From NCBI GenBank assembly GCA_051418015.1, contig JBPRGF010000033.1, forward strand, positions 1 through 64,000: a DNA stretch of 64,000 nt. Reading direction: 5' to 3'. Both the position numbers and the translations under genes were made by a program. This document shows positions 42,261 to 52,799 of the stretch, piece after piece; the stretch's first letter is position 1, and each line of letters opens with the position of its first letter. The notes below the pieces were generated by a model that saw nothing but the letters and a program-made list of their open reading frames with translations, was not told where the DNA came from and searched no databases. The stretch is from Candidatus Nitrospinota bacterium M3_3B_026. GTDB taxonomy: Bacteria; Nitrospinota_A; UBA7883; JBPRGF01.

Positions 42261-42824
42261 CTAGCGTTCCACTTCCATCCGGGGAAGCGACTCCGGTGGT
42301 ATCTTGTCGAGGGGCAGACCCTTCCGGTCCTTTTCCGAGATGATCGGATCGTCGATCTCCCACGGTATCCCGACGCCAGGATCGCTCCACAGCACCGTTC
42401 CCTCCGCATCCTGGTTGTAGTAGTCGGAGCACTTGTAGCTCATGACGGCGGACTCGGAGCGGACGACGAACCCGTGGGCGAACCCGGCGGGGATGAAAAG
42501 CTGCTTCCCGTTTTCGCTGGAGAGCCGCGCCTTCACGAACCGCCCGAAGGTGAGAGACCCGGCGCGTATGTCCACCGCCACGTCGTCGACCTCCCCCTGG
42601 AGGACGGAGACCAGCTTGGCCTGCGGGTTGGGCCACTGGTAGTGCAGCCCACGGAGAACGCCGCGACGCGACATGGAGACGTTGTCCTGCACGAAGGGGA
42701 CGGTGATCCCAAGCTCTTCGTAGCGGTTGCGTCTCCACGTCTCCATGAACCAGCCGCGCGCGTCGCCGAACCGCTTCGGCTCCAGCAGGATAACGCCGGG
42801 GATGGAGGTTTGCGCGGTTCTCAT
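42261..42824 (-). CDS. rmlC: dTDP-4-dehydrorhamnose 3,5-epimerase
   Basis: FGDARGWF, FVQDN.S.S..GVLRGLHYQ, VAVDIR, GFAHGF, YKC. Confidence 0.93.
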   Translation of the reverse strand: MRTAQTSIPGVILLEPKRFGDARGWFMETWRRNRYEELGITVPFVQDNVSMSRRGVLRGLHYQWPNPQAKLVSVLQGEVDDVAVDIRAGSLTFGRFVKARLSSENGKQLFIPAGFAHGFVVRSESAVMSYKCSDYYNQDAEGTVLWSDPGVGIPWEIDDPIISEKDRKGLPLDKIPPESLPRMEVER

Positions 42825-43219
42825 TCCCGCTCCCCGCTCCGCCGCCCCCGCTCCGGCCGCGGCTCCCCGTCTAATGTGAAAATAATGACCCGCTCGCCCG
42901 TCACGGTGCTCAGGTCGGTGTGCAGGCTCACGACTTTTTTTTCCACTATGTCCTTCACGATAGCCTCCAGCAACGGCCTGCCTTTCTCCAGCAGGGCGAT
43001 CCGCATCTGTTTTATCAGCTCCAGTCCCTGGGGCGCGTCCTCCGCTTTGACCAGCTGGCGTTCCGCGGGTGTGAGGACGCCCTTCAGCCTCACCAGGACG
43101 ATGTCCTCGATTATATAGGTTTTCGCCTCCAGCGGGCCACGCCCCATGTACTCTTTTTCGAACTTTATCAGCGCCTCGCTGACGGCGGCCTCCATCTGGC
43201 CCCTGCTTTTTTTCGGCAT
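42821..43219 (-). CDS. DUF2294 / MpsC-family protein
   Basis: C-terminal 132 aa of the 564-aa track ORF, with its own GGAG RBS and ATG at 43219. Motifs FEKEYMGRGP, LKGVLTPAE, SLHTDLSTVTGERVIIFTL. Confidence 0.85.
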   Translation of the reverse strand: MPKKSRGQMEAAVSEALIKFEKEYMGRGPLEAKTYIIEDIVLVRLKGVLTPAERQLVKAEDAPQGLELIKQMRIALLEKGRPLLEAIVKDIVEKKVVSLHTDLSTVTGERVIIFTLDGEPRPERGRRSGERE

Positions 43220-43239
43220 CGCGTCTCCCGTTCGCGTTG

Positions 43240-44616
43240 TTACTTGTACCGTTTCAGCATGAAGGTTATATATTCCAGCCTGTCGAGCTTGCGCGCAAGC
43301 AGGAAAAGCCCCGCCAGGCTCGAAATGGTGACGGCCCCCGCGAACCCGTAGCCGTAGAACGCCGGGTCGAGCCATTGGGTGGCGGCCGTCAGCAGGGTGT
43401 TCAGGACGGCGAAGAGAGCCGTTATGAAAAGCGAGCTGCCCCGCTCGTCTAGGTAGTAAAAGACGTTCAGCGTAGCAAGGAGCAGCACCTGCACCCCCAC
43501 CCCCGTCACGTCCACGTAGAAGAGATGGATGTAGTACGGGGATATCCCGATGGACCGCAGGATCGCCGGGCCGGCCAGCAGCAGAGCCACCACAGTGAAG
43601 CCCTGGACCTTGAAAATCTCGTATATGCCCTGGCGGAGGGTGAACACCATCTCGTCCCTCGCGCGCTCTATGTGGGCGAGGGTGTCCCCCTCCCTCACCG
43701 CGGCATAGAAGGCGTCGTACCTTTCTGCGAAGTCGGTCTCGATGCGCGTGAGGAACACGGCCATGCCGGGCATTATGGAAAGGTAGGCCAGGAATATCGG
43801 CAGGTCGTATATGAGCGACGCCCGCAGCGGGCCTATTATCCGCTCCGAGGTCAGAGGGTTCGCCCAGAAGACGAACTTGTCCGCCCAGACGCCGATGTTG
43901 TAGAAAAGCCCTATCGCCGCCAGGCTGTAATAGACCTTGCCCGGACGGAAGAAGCTGAACGAGACCAGCCGCTCCGCCGGATACGAGCGCAGCACCAGCC
44001 ATATCATGATGAAGAGGATGGCCGCCTGCCCGATGAAAAAGCCGCCCAGCAGCCCTTCCACCTTGTAAGGGCGAAGGGCGAGCCCGGCGGCCACGGTGAT
44101 GGAGTAGCCCGCGAAAAATATCCCCAGCACCATCCTGTACTCCTTCAGGCTGGTGAGGAGAATGACCGAGATCCATATTCCGCAGAGAGCCGCGAAGTTC
44201 CCCAGCATCAGGAGCCGGTACTCGATCGGCTCCTCGAACAGAAAATAAAGCCCCGCCCCCGCCGCCAGGCCCCCGGACACGGTGGTCACGGTAACCGCCC
44301 CAAGGAAGTTCGGCGCGATCTCCTGCTCCGCCCCCTCGAAAAGCCTGTCCGCCATGAACCGGGTGAAAAGCAACTGGAGCCCCCCGGTGAAAATCATCGA
44401 AAGCGCCATCAGGTACGTCACGGAGACCAGGAACTTGACGATGAGCGACGTGGGGAACACCACGCCGATGCTGAGCACGCCGATTATCATCACGCCGATG
44501 ATAGAGAGAATCCACGGCCCGGAGCTTATGATCCCGGCGTATCCATACGCCCGGAGAAGACCCAGGTAGCTGTCTCTTCTGAGAAGCTTTCTCAGCTCGA
44601 ATCCTATCCCGGCCAT
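43240..44616 (-). CDS. pelG: Pel exopolysaccharide transporter PelG
   Basis: MAGIGFELRKL, SSGPW, WADKFVFW, YDLPIFLAYLSI.PGMAVF..RIETDF. Confidence 0.95.
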   Translation of the reverse strand: MAGIGFELRKLLRRDSYLGLLRAYGYAGIISSGPWILSIIGVMIIGVLSIGVVFPTSLIVKFLVSVTYLMALSMIFTGGLQLLFTRFMADRLFEGAEQEIAPNFLGAVTVTTVSGGLAAGAGLYFLFEEPIEYRLLMLGNFAALCGIWISVILLTSLKEYRMVLGIFFAGYSITVAAGLALRPYKVEGLLGGFFIGQAAILFIMIWLVLRSYPAERLVSFSFFRPGKVYYSLAAIGLFYNIGVWADKFVFWANPLTSERIIGPLRASLIYDLPIFLAYLSIMPGMAVFLTRIETDFAERYDAFYAAVREGDTLAHIERARDEMVFTLRQGIYEIFKVQGFTVVALLLAGPAILRSIGISPYYIHLFYVDVTGVGVQVLLLATLNVFYYLDERGSSLFITALFAVLNTLLTAATQWLDPAFYGYGFAGAVTISSLAGLFLLARKLDRLEYITFMLKRYK

Positions 44617-46136
44617 TCGATCCTCTTTATCGCCCGCCCGTAAATTCCGCGGTAGCTGTCCATCAGTATCTCTTTCGTGTAAAACCTGCGGACCCTTTCA
44701 AGCCCCGCCGCCTGGGCCGCGCGCCACTCGTCCTCGTTGGTCAGCAGGGATATCGCCGCGTTCGCCGTCGCCTCCGCGTTCGCTATGGGGGTGACCGCCC
44801 CGGCGGCGCCGATGGCCTTGTCTTCAGGGCCGGAGCCCTCGATGATCTCCCTGCACGACCCGACGTCGGTGGCCACCGCCGGAACGCCGCCCGCGAAACC
44901 CTCCAGCAGGACGAGCGGCATCGCCTCGCTTATGGAGGTGAGGACAACCAGCCCCAGCTCGGGAAGAACCTCCTCCACCTTCCGGAACCCGAGGAACTTG
45001 ATTTTCTCCGAGAGGCCCATGCTGGCCATGAGATCCATGCATTCCTCCACGTATTCGGGATCCTCCTCGTGGGGGCCGATGATCCACCCCTGCGCCTCGG
45101 GGATGTGGCTGATCACCGTCCGCATGGCGCGGATGAAGGTTTTCACGTCCTTTATCGCCACCACTCTGCCGATCAGGCCGAGGACGGGCGGGATCCTGTC
45201 CGGCCGCCTCGCCAGGGCGGGCTCGAACCGCGCGAGGTCGATCCCGTTTCTCACCACCATGGTTCTGGCCGGGTCCGCGCCGTCCTCGATCTGCCGCCTG
45301 CGGTTGCCATCGTAGATGGCGATGATGGGGTCCGCCGCGTCATAGGCCAGGCGGCCCAGCCCCTCGTAGAAACGTATCCACAACCGCAGGATGTAGCTTA
45401 CGTCGTACTCCGCCTCGCCGGAGAAGGCGCTTTCGGGGTTTTTTATCCACTCCGCGCCGACGAGGTCGATCCTTCGCTCCTTCGTGTAGTTGCCGTGCTC
45501 CGTGAGGATGAAAGGCGCCCCTCTCTCGCTTTTCAGGAGCGACCCCAGGAAGCCCGCGTAACCCGTGGAGATGGAGTGGAACGCCTTCGCGTCCGGAGCG
45601 TGGCGGGCGATCCGGGCGAGCTTGAAAAGCGGCGCGTGCATGGAGCGGACCGTCCAGAAATAATCGACGAAGGACGGGTCGTAGCAGAATTTCTCGTAGT
45701 CGCGCTTTATCCGCTCCCACGCTTCCCGGCTGTACAGAAAATCCGGCGCCGTGACGCCGCCGGGTTCGCCCAGAAGCTCCGCGGCGCGCCTTATCAACTC
45801 CCTGGGGGCCTCCGGCCCGGGCTTTCTGAAATATTCATGGAGCCGTTCGAACTGGGCGAACGCCTCGCGGCTCCCTTTCCTCGGCGAGGGCGGGGGTATC
45901 TCTTCCGGCTCCATCAGGTAATGGGACTGGAGCCCCACCACGTTCGGCGGGAGCTCGTACCTGATCCCGTCGTAGTTCTCCCTCGCGCCCCCGAGGAATA
46001 CGAGGGTGAAGGTGTATTCCGGCAGCCCCTGTATGATGTCGTGTGTCCAGCTCGACACGCCGCCGCGAACGTATGGATACGTCCCCTCCAGCAACAGGGC
46101 TATGTCAGCCGGGCCGCCGCCGTCTTTCGCTTTCAT
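44604..46136 (-). CDS. pelF: GT4 glycosyltransferase PelF
   Basis: EGTYPYVRGGVSSW, STGYAG, TEHG.YTKER, GRVVAIKDVKTFI, SISEAMPL, TDVGSC. Confidence 0.95.
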   Translation of the reverse strand: MKAKDGGGPADIALLLEGTYPYVRGGVSSWTHDIIQGLPEYTFTLVFLGGARENYDGIRYELPPNVVGLQSHYLMEPEEIPPPSPRKGSREAFAQFERLHEYFRKPGPEAPRELIRRAAELLGEPGGVTAPDFLYSREAWERIKRDYEKFCYDPSFVDYFWTVRSMHAPLFKLARIARHAPDAKAFHSISTGYAGFLGSLLKSERGAPFILTEHGNYTKERRIDLVGAEWIKNPESAFSGEAEYDVSYILRLWIRFYEGLGRLAYDAADPIIAIYDGNRRRQIEDGADPARTMVVRNGIDLARFEPALARRPDRIPPVLGLIGRVVAIKDVKTFIRAMRTVISHIPEAQGWIIGPHEEDPEYVEECMDLMASMGLSEKIKFLGFRKVEEVLPELGLVVLTSISEAMPLVLLEGFAGGVPAVATDVGSCREIIEGSGPEDKAIGAAGAVTPIANAEATANAAISLLTNEDEWRAAQAAGLERVRRFYTKEILMDSYRGIYGRAIKRIEWPG

Positions 46137-47143
46137 GTCCAGTATTCCGCCACGGACGAGAGAGGCGCCTGGCGCCTTTTCACGGTGTCAAGCTGTCTCA
46201 TGTATTTTTTTACCTGGTCGAACCGGCGCTCCCGGAAAGCTATCTCCGCAAGGTACGCCGCCGCGCCGGACGGGGGGAACCCAAGATCGAGCGCTTTCTT
46301 GAACCTGGATTTCGCCTCCTCCTCCCGGTCCATGGCCAGCAGTATCCTCCCCGCCTGGAAGTGGATCGCCGGGTCGGCCGGGGCCATCCTGGCCGCCGCG
46401 TCCAGGTGGCGCAGCGCCTCGCCCAGGGCGTGGCTCAGCGTGTCGCCCTGGGCAAGCCCCAGGTAGGCCAGCTCCCAGTAATCCATCGCCGCGGCCATCC
46501 TGGCCTGGGCGGTGTCGTGTCCCGGCTGTTCGATCTCGTGAAGCCTGTCCCTGATCCGCTTGTCGATGATCTTCTCCCGCCTGCTCAGGCTCGAATAAGC
46601 CAGCAGGCGCACGTCGTCATCGCTGTCCTTGAGCGCCTGCCGCAGGATGGAGACGGCCATCCGCTCGTCCCGCATCCTGTCCGCCGCCATTACGGCCTTG
46701 ATCTTCTTGGCCGAGTCGCGGGTATTGCGCAGTATGGCGGCGACACCCCCCTCGCCGTACTCCGGCGTGGGGCTCACCCTGATCGGGCTGTAAGGCAGCT
46801 CCGGGGCCCCGACGCTCCTCCAGTACCGCGTTTTCTGTTTTTTCGGGAAATGGAAGGCCGTCATGACCCCCGCCGCCACCCCCAGCGCGCCGAGAAAAGG
46901 CATGAAAAAGGCGAGCGAGAAGAAGAGAAGAAACCCAGCGCCTCTGCGCTCTGAATACCGCTTCGGCGTGATGGCCAGGAAAAACCAGGCCAGGGATGCG
47001 CTCGCCAGCCCGTGGAGCCCGGCGAATACGGGCGCCTCGACGTCGAACGGCCATGGCATAAGCAACGCAAGAAGGCTCGCCCCCTGGAAGGCCACGCCAA
47101 GCGCCATGGCCGCGGCGGCGGAGGCGCGCTCCAGGACTCTCAT
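46133..47143 (-). CDS. pelE: PelE (TM plus HEAT/TPR)
   Basis: N-terminal TMs, ALKDSDDDVRLLAYS, YWELAYLGLAQG, YLAEIAF; operon position. Confidence 0.9.
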   Translation of the reverse strand: MRVLERASAAAAMALGVAFQGASLLALLMPWPFDVEAPVFAGLHGLASASLAWFFLAITPKRYSERRGAGFLLFFSLAFFMPFLGALGVAAGVMTAFHFPKKQKTRYWRSVGAPELPYSPIRVSPTPEYGEGGVAAILRNTRDSAKKIKAVMAADRMRDERMAVSILRQALKDSDDDVRLLAYSSLSRREKIIDKRIRDRLHEIEQPGHDTAQARMAAAMDYWELAYLGLAQGDTLSHALGEALRHLDAAARMAPADPAIHFQAGRILLAMDREEEAKSRFKKALDLGFPPSGAAAYLAEIAFRERRFDQVKKYMRQLDTVKRRQAPLSSVAEYWT

Positions 47144-48486
47144 CTCCGCGGCGCCTCCAGCAGGCTTTCGATAACCGTGGACACGTCGTCCCTTTTTCTG
47201 ACCGCGTGGGAGCGGATATGGACGCCCGCCTCATCCAGCGTTTTGCCGAAATTTTCTTTTATCATGTTCCCGATCCTCGCCCGGTAGCCCTCAAAGCCCG
47301 TGTCGCTGGTGAACGGCATGAGCATGAGAATCACACGGCGGCCGCTGTCGCCGTCCACGGTCAGGGGCTGGTCGAGCCCGCGGCGCTGCCCGACGACGAA
47401 GTTTTCTATCTCCTCCCTGTCCTCGCTCTCATCCACCGAGACGGCCGCCACCGTCGAGGGGAGCCTGTAGCGCTTCTGGTTTTCTATCGCCCTGGCCAGG
47501 AGGCGGCGGAATCCGGCCTCCGGCGTCCCGGCCTCGGCGGCGCCCGCCGCGAGCAGATCGCCGATATGTCCGCCCAGCACGGCGAGCAGGCGGAAGTTGT
47601 CCTCGTGGAACGCCATGAAGGGCATTTTGTACACAGGCGCCACCCCCCACACCTTCCCGTCCACGTCCACGAGGGGCAAGGCGGCTACCGAGGAGAACTT
47701 CCGCATTCCGGCGCCGTTTTCCAGCATCTCGGGGCGGACGCTCAAAAACTCCCCCGACGACACCGCCTCGGAGGCCAGCGGATCCACGGTGTAAAGCTGC
47801 TCCACACGGCCGAGCGTGGCCGCCGGCTCCGGGCGTATTCCGCCCTCCTCGTTCACATCGTGGAGAGCGGCGGCCTGTATCCCGCCGAACGCCGCCAGAA
47901 GATCGAGGATCAGCCCGCCAAGGCCGAAAAAGGGCTCGTCTTTTTTCTCCGCCTCCATGATTGCGCGGCGGACGTTGAGCAGGGCCTCCCGCAGGCTCTG
48001 GGCGCTTCCCGCCAGTCTCCTTTCCAGCCCGTCGTGGGATATTTTCAGCAGATGGTACGCCCTCGTGAACTCGTCCAGCCTCCGGCTGTTGCTCTCGCTC
48101 ACCATCGATATCCGCGCAAGCTTCCTCGTCCACATGTCCGTGAACTCACCGCAGATCATGCCCACGAGAAGCAGGCCCAGGACCAGCTCGTCGGGGTACG
48201 TCTCCATGGGAAACCAGCCGAGCCGCCACGAGACCGAAATGGCTGTAATAAACGCCAGCGCGGAGCCGAAACCGTAGGCGAACCCGAACCGCAGCCCGGC
48301 GAGAGTGGGGGCCAGGACGACCCAGGGGAAATCCGCGTCCACGAAAAAGGGGTCGCCCGGCCGCAGCCACAGCCCCAGGAGGAACGCCGCCGCCGTTATC
48401 GCGGCCGACTCCAGAACGGCTGTCGAACCGGGTATCGGCTCGGCCCTGTCCAGCGGACTCCCACCTCGGGCGGGGCTGACCATCAT
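47140..48486 (-). CDS. pelD: PelD c-di-GMP receptor (TM, GAF, degenerate GGDEF)
   Basis: FPW...P.L.GLRFG, GEFTD.W, YHLLKISHD.LE, I-site RGLD; no GG(D/E)EF. Confidence 0.9.
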   Translation of the reverse strand: MMVSPARGGSPLDRAEPIPGSTAVLESAAITAAAFLLGLWLRPGDPFFVDADFPWVVLAPTLAGLRFGFAYGFGSALAFITAISVSWRLGWFPMETYPDELVLGLLLVGMICGEFTDMWTRKLARISMVSESNSRRLDEFTRAYHLLKISHDGLERRLAGSAQSLREALLNVRRAIMEAEKKDEPFFGLGGLILDLLAAFGGIQAAALHDVNEEGGIRPEPAATLGRVEQLYTVDPLASEAVSSGEFLSVRPEMLENGAGMRKFSSVAALPLVDVDGKVWGVAPVYKMPFMAFHEDNFRLLAVLGGHIGDLLAAGAAEAGTPEAGFRRLLARAIENQKRYRLPSTVAAVSVDESEDREEIENFVVGQRRGLDQPLTVDGDSGRRVILMLMPFTSDTGFEGYRARIGNMIKENFGKTLDEAGVHIRSHAVRKRDDVSTVIESLLEAPRR

Positions 48487-49046
48487 TCAAGCTCCATCTT
48501 GCCCACGATGTCCCGGACCAGCTTCTGCGCCGCGCCGCTCAAGGCTCCCCGGCCCCATCCTGAGCGGGAGCCGGAGGCGGACCAGAGCGTCTCGCCGGTC
48601 TTCACGTCGATCACCTGGACCGTTATCCCGGCCACGGGCTCGCCGTCCAGCCCTATCTTGTAGCGATACTCCTCCACGCTGCCGGTGACGCCGTATTGAA
48701 ACCCGCTCCTCCTGGCCCATTCGAGCGCCTCTTCAAAGCGGGCGCGGTCATCCATCTCCGCCAGGGTTTCCGCCGCCTTGCCGGGCGGCCTGGTGGCTAT
48801 CCGCGCGCCCCTGGCCCGGAGCGCCGTGGCGAGCACCGCCTCCACCTTCTCCCCGGCGCGGGGCGTCACGGAGTAGTTCATCATCGGCAGCAGAACCCAC
48901 TGGGCGGCCGTTGGGGGAGTCTTGCCAGCGCCGACCTCCACGACCGAGCATCCTGCCAGCAAAAGCGCCGCCCCGGCCCAGGCCAGCGCCGCCCCGGCCC
49001 ATCGGCCTGTCATCCATCTTCCAAGTGATGATCTTTCATTTCGCAT
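48483..49046 (-). CDS. pelC: PelC outer-membrane lipoprotein
   Basis: Lipobox LAGC, LLP..NYS.TP.AG, GSVEEYRYKIGLDGEP, WSASGSRSGW. The start may be 49013. Confidence 0.92.
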   Translation of the reverse strand: MRNERSSLGRWMTGRWAGAALAWAGAALLLAGCSVVEVGAGKTPPTAAQWVLLPMMNYSVTPRAGEKVEAVLATALRARGARIATRPPGKAAETLAEMDDRARFEEALEWARRSGFQYGVTGSVEEYRYKIGLDGEPVAGITVQVIDVKTGETLWSASGSRSGWGRGALSGAAQKLVRDIVGKMELE

Positions 49047-49058
49047 CCGGTTATCCTT

Positions 49059-52000
49059 TCATCCGCCGAAACGATATGTGTACCTCAAACCAATGCCCTG
49101 GTAGGGCTCATCCACTATCCCGTTCGTGTTGTTGGACCGCCAGACGGAGAGGCTCAGCTCGTCGTCCCCCAGTATCTTCACCCCCACGGAGCCCCGCAGG
49201 CTGTAGAACGCGGCCTCGCTGGGCCACGACATCCCGAAATATACATCGAGAAGATAAGACATGGTCCCGTTGGCCGCGCTCACGGCTCCGGGATCGCCTT
49301 TTCTCGCCGATACTCCGAAACCGATCGAATAAAAATCCGCCGGGACAACCGACTCAATCGGGTAACCATCCGGCAGGATCGCCGCCGCGTATTCGGGTAG
49401 GCGCGCCGCGAGGCTGTTGCGCGTCGCGAAGCCGTGGAGGCGCAGCGCAAGCTCCGGGTTTTCCCGCTTGAGGCGCGTTCCCACGCCGACGTCCGCCGTC
49501 ATCCCCTCGCCGATCCTGCCGCCTTCCCTGTCATGGTAACGGTGGAGAGTCAGCCGCGCCAGGGCGTAGTCCCAGCGGGTGATGTCGTTGAACAGGTAAA
49601 GATCGACGCTGTCCTTCAGCCCGGCGGCTCTCAGCGCCGGCGATTCGGAGGAGACCTCGTTTACGGATACGGCCGCCTCGCCGCGGAGCCTCTCCACGAA
49701 AACGTATTGGCCCCACAGCTTAGCTTTCGGCAGGCTGTCGCCGTTTCTCGTGTTCACTCCCAGTTGGGCGCGGACGCTTGTTCTCTTTAGCCTTCTGTAG
49801 GCGGAGAATGATATCTCCCTCTCCTCGTTTTCGCCTTCAAGGTTCATCTCCTTCCGGTCAGCCGAGAGGGTTGTGTCTTTTACCGTCAGGGTCTGGATCG
49901 CATCACCCCGGGATCTCTGGGCGACCGCCTCCCGTTTTGCGAGGCGCAACTCTCCCAGTGTCTCGCTCTCCGCCGCCGCTGACGCCTTTGGGGCCTGTTC
50001 GGCGGAGAGCCCCGCCGTCTGAGAAAGCAGAGGTTCGTTTCTCCAGGAGTGGGGCGTGTCGAGGAAAGCCTTTCTCGCGACGCGGATCGCCATCCCCTGC
50101 CGGGCCATCAGCCTGTCCGCCTCCACGCGGTCGAACAGGGAGATGTCCTCGCCGGTCTCATAGACGCGGCCAAGCTCCGGAAGGTCGGCGCCCTGGAGGG
50201 CCAGGACGAACCTCTGCCAGTCCGGGACGCGGTCTCTCGGGATGCTCCTGTCCTTGATCCACACCCTGGCCGTGTCGAACCTGTCGTGGCCAAGGAACCA
50301 CGTCACGGCGAAGTTGTCGAGGTCGTCATCCTTTTCCGAATGGGCCAGGATGAAAGAGGTGACCTGCTCTCCCAGCCGCGCGCTGTGGAGCGTATTGACC
50401 AGGTACGCGAAAGCCTTGGCGGTTTCCCGGTTTTCGGTCCTGGAAAGGTCCGAAAGGGCCGTGGGGACTTTCTCGCGCATCCTGAAGGCCACGAACTCCC
50501 TCAGGCGGTGGGCTTCCTCCTGCATACCGGCCTTGTCCATGTCCTCGGCCAGCGACAGGAGCCAGAAATAGTCGTCGAAATGCCTGCGCGCGTAGAGCCA
50601 TCTCCAGCGCAGCGCCTCGTCCGCCTCGCCCAGGAGCTGGTAGCCGCTGGCGTAGAGTTTCCACAGCGACGGGTCGATGGAGGCGTCCCGCCGCCAGCGG
50701 GCGAGGTATTCGCGCAGCCGTGCGGTGTCCTCGGTCTCCACGAGGAAGCTTAGCATGGCCCGGCGCGCCCTCGACGAGTATGGGTTGACCTCGATGGCCC
50801 GTTTATGGCTTGCCAGAGCCTCGTCATATCGCCCCTTGCGCTTGAGCGCAGAGGCCTTCAATATCCAGTAAAGCTCCGAGGAGGCGAACATCTCCTCGTG
50901 TCTCACCGCCTCCTCCAGCATCTTCTCGAGATCGTCGTTGGCGCTGATCTCGTTCGCGGTATTCATCGCGCCGAGCAGAAAGCGCGGCTTCGACGTTTTG
51001 CGCCAGAACTCCTTGCCAAGAGCGATGGCCTTCCAGTGATCGCCCTGCTCCCTTTTTATAAAAACGAGGCGGTTCATGGCGTTGAGATCGTCCGGCCGCA
51101 GCGCCAGAAGCTCGCTGTAGGCCCTGGCGGCCTGCTCGTTGTCCTCGAATATCCAGGAAAGCTCCGCCGTGAGCGCCCAGTAGCGCTCCCCGGTTTTGAT
51201 CTCCTCGTCCACGTTTTTCAGAAGGCCGAAGGCCTCCCCCGGCCTGTTCATCCGCCAGAGAAGCTCCGCTCTCTTCGCCGCCGTCACGGCGGAGGCGCCG
51301 AACCTTTCTTCTATTCCCTCCCACACCGAAAGGGCCCTCTCAAGCGACCCCATATGCTTCAGGACCGACGCCAGGACCTCCCGGGCGCCGCGTTCGCCGG
51401 GGTAGCGCCGGATATAGGCGGAGAGGGCCCCGGCGGCCTTTTCGGCCTCCCCCGTGTTTTCCCAGGCCGCGCCGAGGGCGCCAAGCTCCTCTTTGGAAAG
51501 AGTCCTGATCTCGGCGACGGCGTCGAGAGTCCGGGCGATGGTCTCCCAGTCCGTAAACCACCGGCCCAGGGCGAGCATGGTCTCCACGTTGTCCTCCTCC
51601 CCGCCGCGGGCCGCAAGCCATGCGTAATGCTCCAGCGCCTCGCGGGGTTTTTCGATCCATCTCGATATCTCGGCGAGCCTCTCCCTGGCCCATCGGTCAC
51701 CGGGGTTCTGTTCGACCAGGCTATTCGCGGCGTTGTAGGCCTCCTTCAACATACCGTAGCGGAGCGCCACGTCCAGCCGCGTCCGGGCCGTTCCGGGGGT
51801 TCTCGGGATGAGGGCGAATATCCGCTCCCTGCGCTCCTTAACCGTCTCCGGCTTCTCGCCGGCCGCCGCCTCCTCCATGGCCATGATGACCAGGGGCCGG
51901 TTCTCCGGGTCTCTTCGCGCGGCGAGCTCGAGAAGGCGGAAGGTCTCGTCGTGGAGCCGGCCCCGCAGCGAAGCGCCGATCTTGAAGTCCATCAGCCGCG

Positions 52001-52742
52001 GGTCGTCGGGAACCATGGAGAGGATTTTCAGCCTCCTGTCCCTGGCGGTTCCGGGATCGTCGTGAGTGCCCGCCGCCCGGAAGGCCAGGGCCGCCATCTC
52101 CTGGTCCCCGGGATCCCTTTCAACGGCTATGGCGAGGACGCGGTAGGCTTCTTCGCTCATGCCTTCCCGCAGCAAAGCGGCGGCGCCGTCCAGGACGCGC
52201 CACCTGACCGCGGCGCTCCATTCCGCCGAGCGGGCGAGCGCTGAGAGGAGTTTTTCAGCCGCTACGGCGTCCTTGACCCCTATGGCGTGGCGCGCCATCC
52301 TGTCAAGCCTCTCCGGGCCCAGGCTCTCCACGGGAAGTTTGTGGAGGACGCTTCGCAGTTTCTGCCTTGTCTTGAACACTTCTTCTCTTTCCTCCCCCGT
52401 TTCCTCGAGCAGGGCCGCCAGCAGGTCCGCGGACATCAGCGCCGCCTCCAGGAAATGCTCCCCCTCCTTATCCACGAGGGGCGCAAGGGCCCGGACGGCC
52501 TCCCTGCGCTCGCCCAGGGCCACGAGCTGTTTGGCGAGGACGAAACGCAGCCCCCGCTCCTCCGGTCTCGTCTCCACCCACAGCCTCAGGTATTCCGTCG
52601 CGGCCCTGTCCCTCTCCCCGGAGGACCTGATCTTTTCGATCGCGCCCCGATGCGGAAAAACCAGGTACAAAGCCACGCCGAGCGCCACGAGGAAAACTGC
52701 CAGCGGCAGGGGCTTCAGGAGCTGAACGCGTTTCCCGGCCAC
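49059..52742 (-). CDS. pelB: PelB (TPR scaffold plus C-terminal beta-barrel)
   Basis: 1227 aa with many TPR-like helices, ES.ALRAAG.KD, GDDELSL, and terminal YTYRFG; lies between pelA and pelC. Confidence 0.88.
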   Translation of the reverse strand: MAGKRVQLLKPLPLAVFLVALGVALYLVFPHRGAIEKIRSSGERDRAATEYLRLWVETRPEERGLRFVLAKQLVALGERREAVRALAPLVDKEGEHFLEAALMSADLLAALLEETGEEREEVFKTRQKLRSVLHKLPVESLGPERLDRMARHAIGVKDAVAAEKLLSALARSAEWSAAVRWRVLDGAAALLREGMSEEAYRVLAIAVERDPGDQEMAALAFRAAGTHDDPGTARDRRLKILSMVPDDPRLMDFKIGASLRGRLHDETFRLLELAARRDPENRPLVIMAMEEAAAGEKPETVKERRERIFALIPRTPGTARTRLDVALRYGMLKEAYNAANSLVEQNPGDRWARERLAEISRWIEKPREALEHYAWLAARGGEEDNVETMLALGRWFTDWETIARTLDAVAEIRTLSKEELGALGAAWENTGEAEKAAGALSAYIRRYPGERGAREVLASVLKHMGSLERALSVWEGIEERFGASAVTAAKRAELLWRMNRPGEAFGLLKNVDEEIKTGERYWALTAELSWIFEDNEQAARAYSELLALRPDDLNAMNRLVFIKREQGDHWKAIALGKEFWRKTSKPRFLLGAMNTANEISANDDLEKMLEEAVRHEEMFASSELYWILKASALKRKGRYDEALASHKRAIEVNPYSSRARRAMLSFLVETEDTARLREYLARWRRDASIDPSLWKLYASGYQLLGEADEALRWRWLYARRHFDDYFWLLSLAEDMDKAGMQEEAHRLREFVAFRMREKVPTALSDLSRTENRETAKAFAYLVNTLHSARLGEQVTSFILAHSEKDDDLDNFAVTWFLGHDRFDTARVWIKDRSIPRDRVPDWQRFVLALQGADLPELGRVYETGEDISLFDRVEADRLMARQGMAIRVARKAFLDTPHSWRNEPLLSQTAGLSAEQAPKASAAAESETLGELRLAKREAVAQRSRGDAIQTLTVKDTTLSADRKEMNLEGENEEREISFSAYRRLKRTSVRAQLGVNTRNGDSLPKAKLWGQYVFVERLRGEAAVSVNEVSSESPALRAAGLKDSVDLYLFNDITRWDYALARLTLHRYHDREGGRIGEGMTADVGVGTRLKRENPELALRLHGFATRNSLAARLPEYAAAILPDGYPIESVVPADFYSIGFGVSARKGDPGAVSAANGTMSYLLDVYFGMSWPSEAAFYSLRGSVGVKILGDDELSLSVWRSNNTNGIVDEPYQGIGLRYTYRFGG

Positions 52743-52799
52743 CTGACGCGCCTTGCCGCCTGTTTGATAATCATTTTGTCTGCGTTAGCCCTCTTTGCT

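Noticed and set aside
42821..44515. 564-aa ORF suggesting a fusion or frameshift with pelG
   Set aside because: Only the last 132 aa are DUF2294, with their own RBS/ATG; the rest is an alternative frame of intact pelG.
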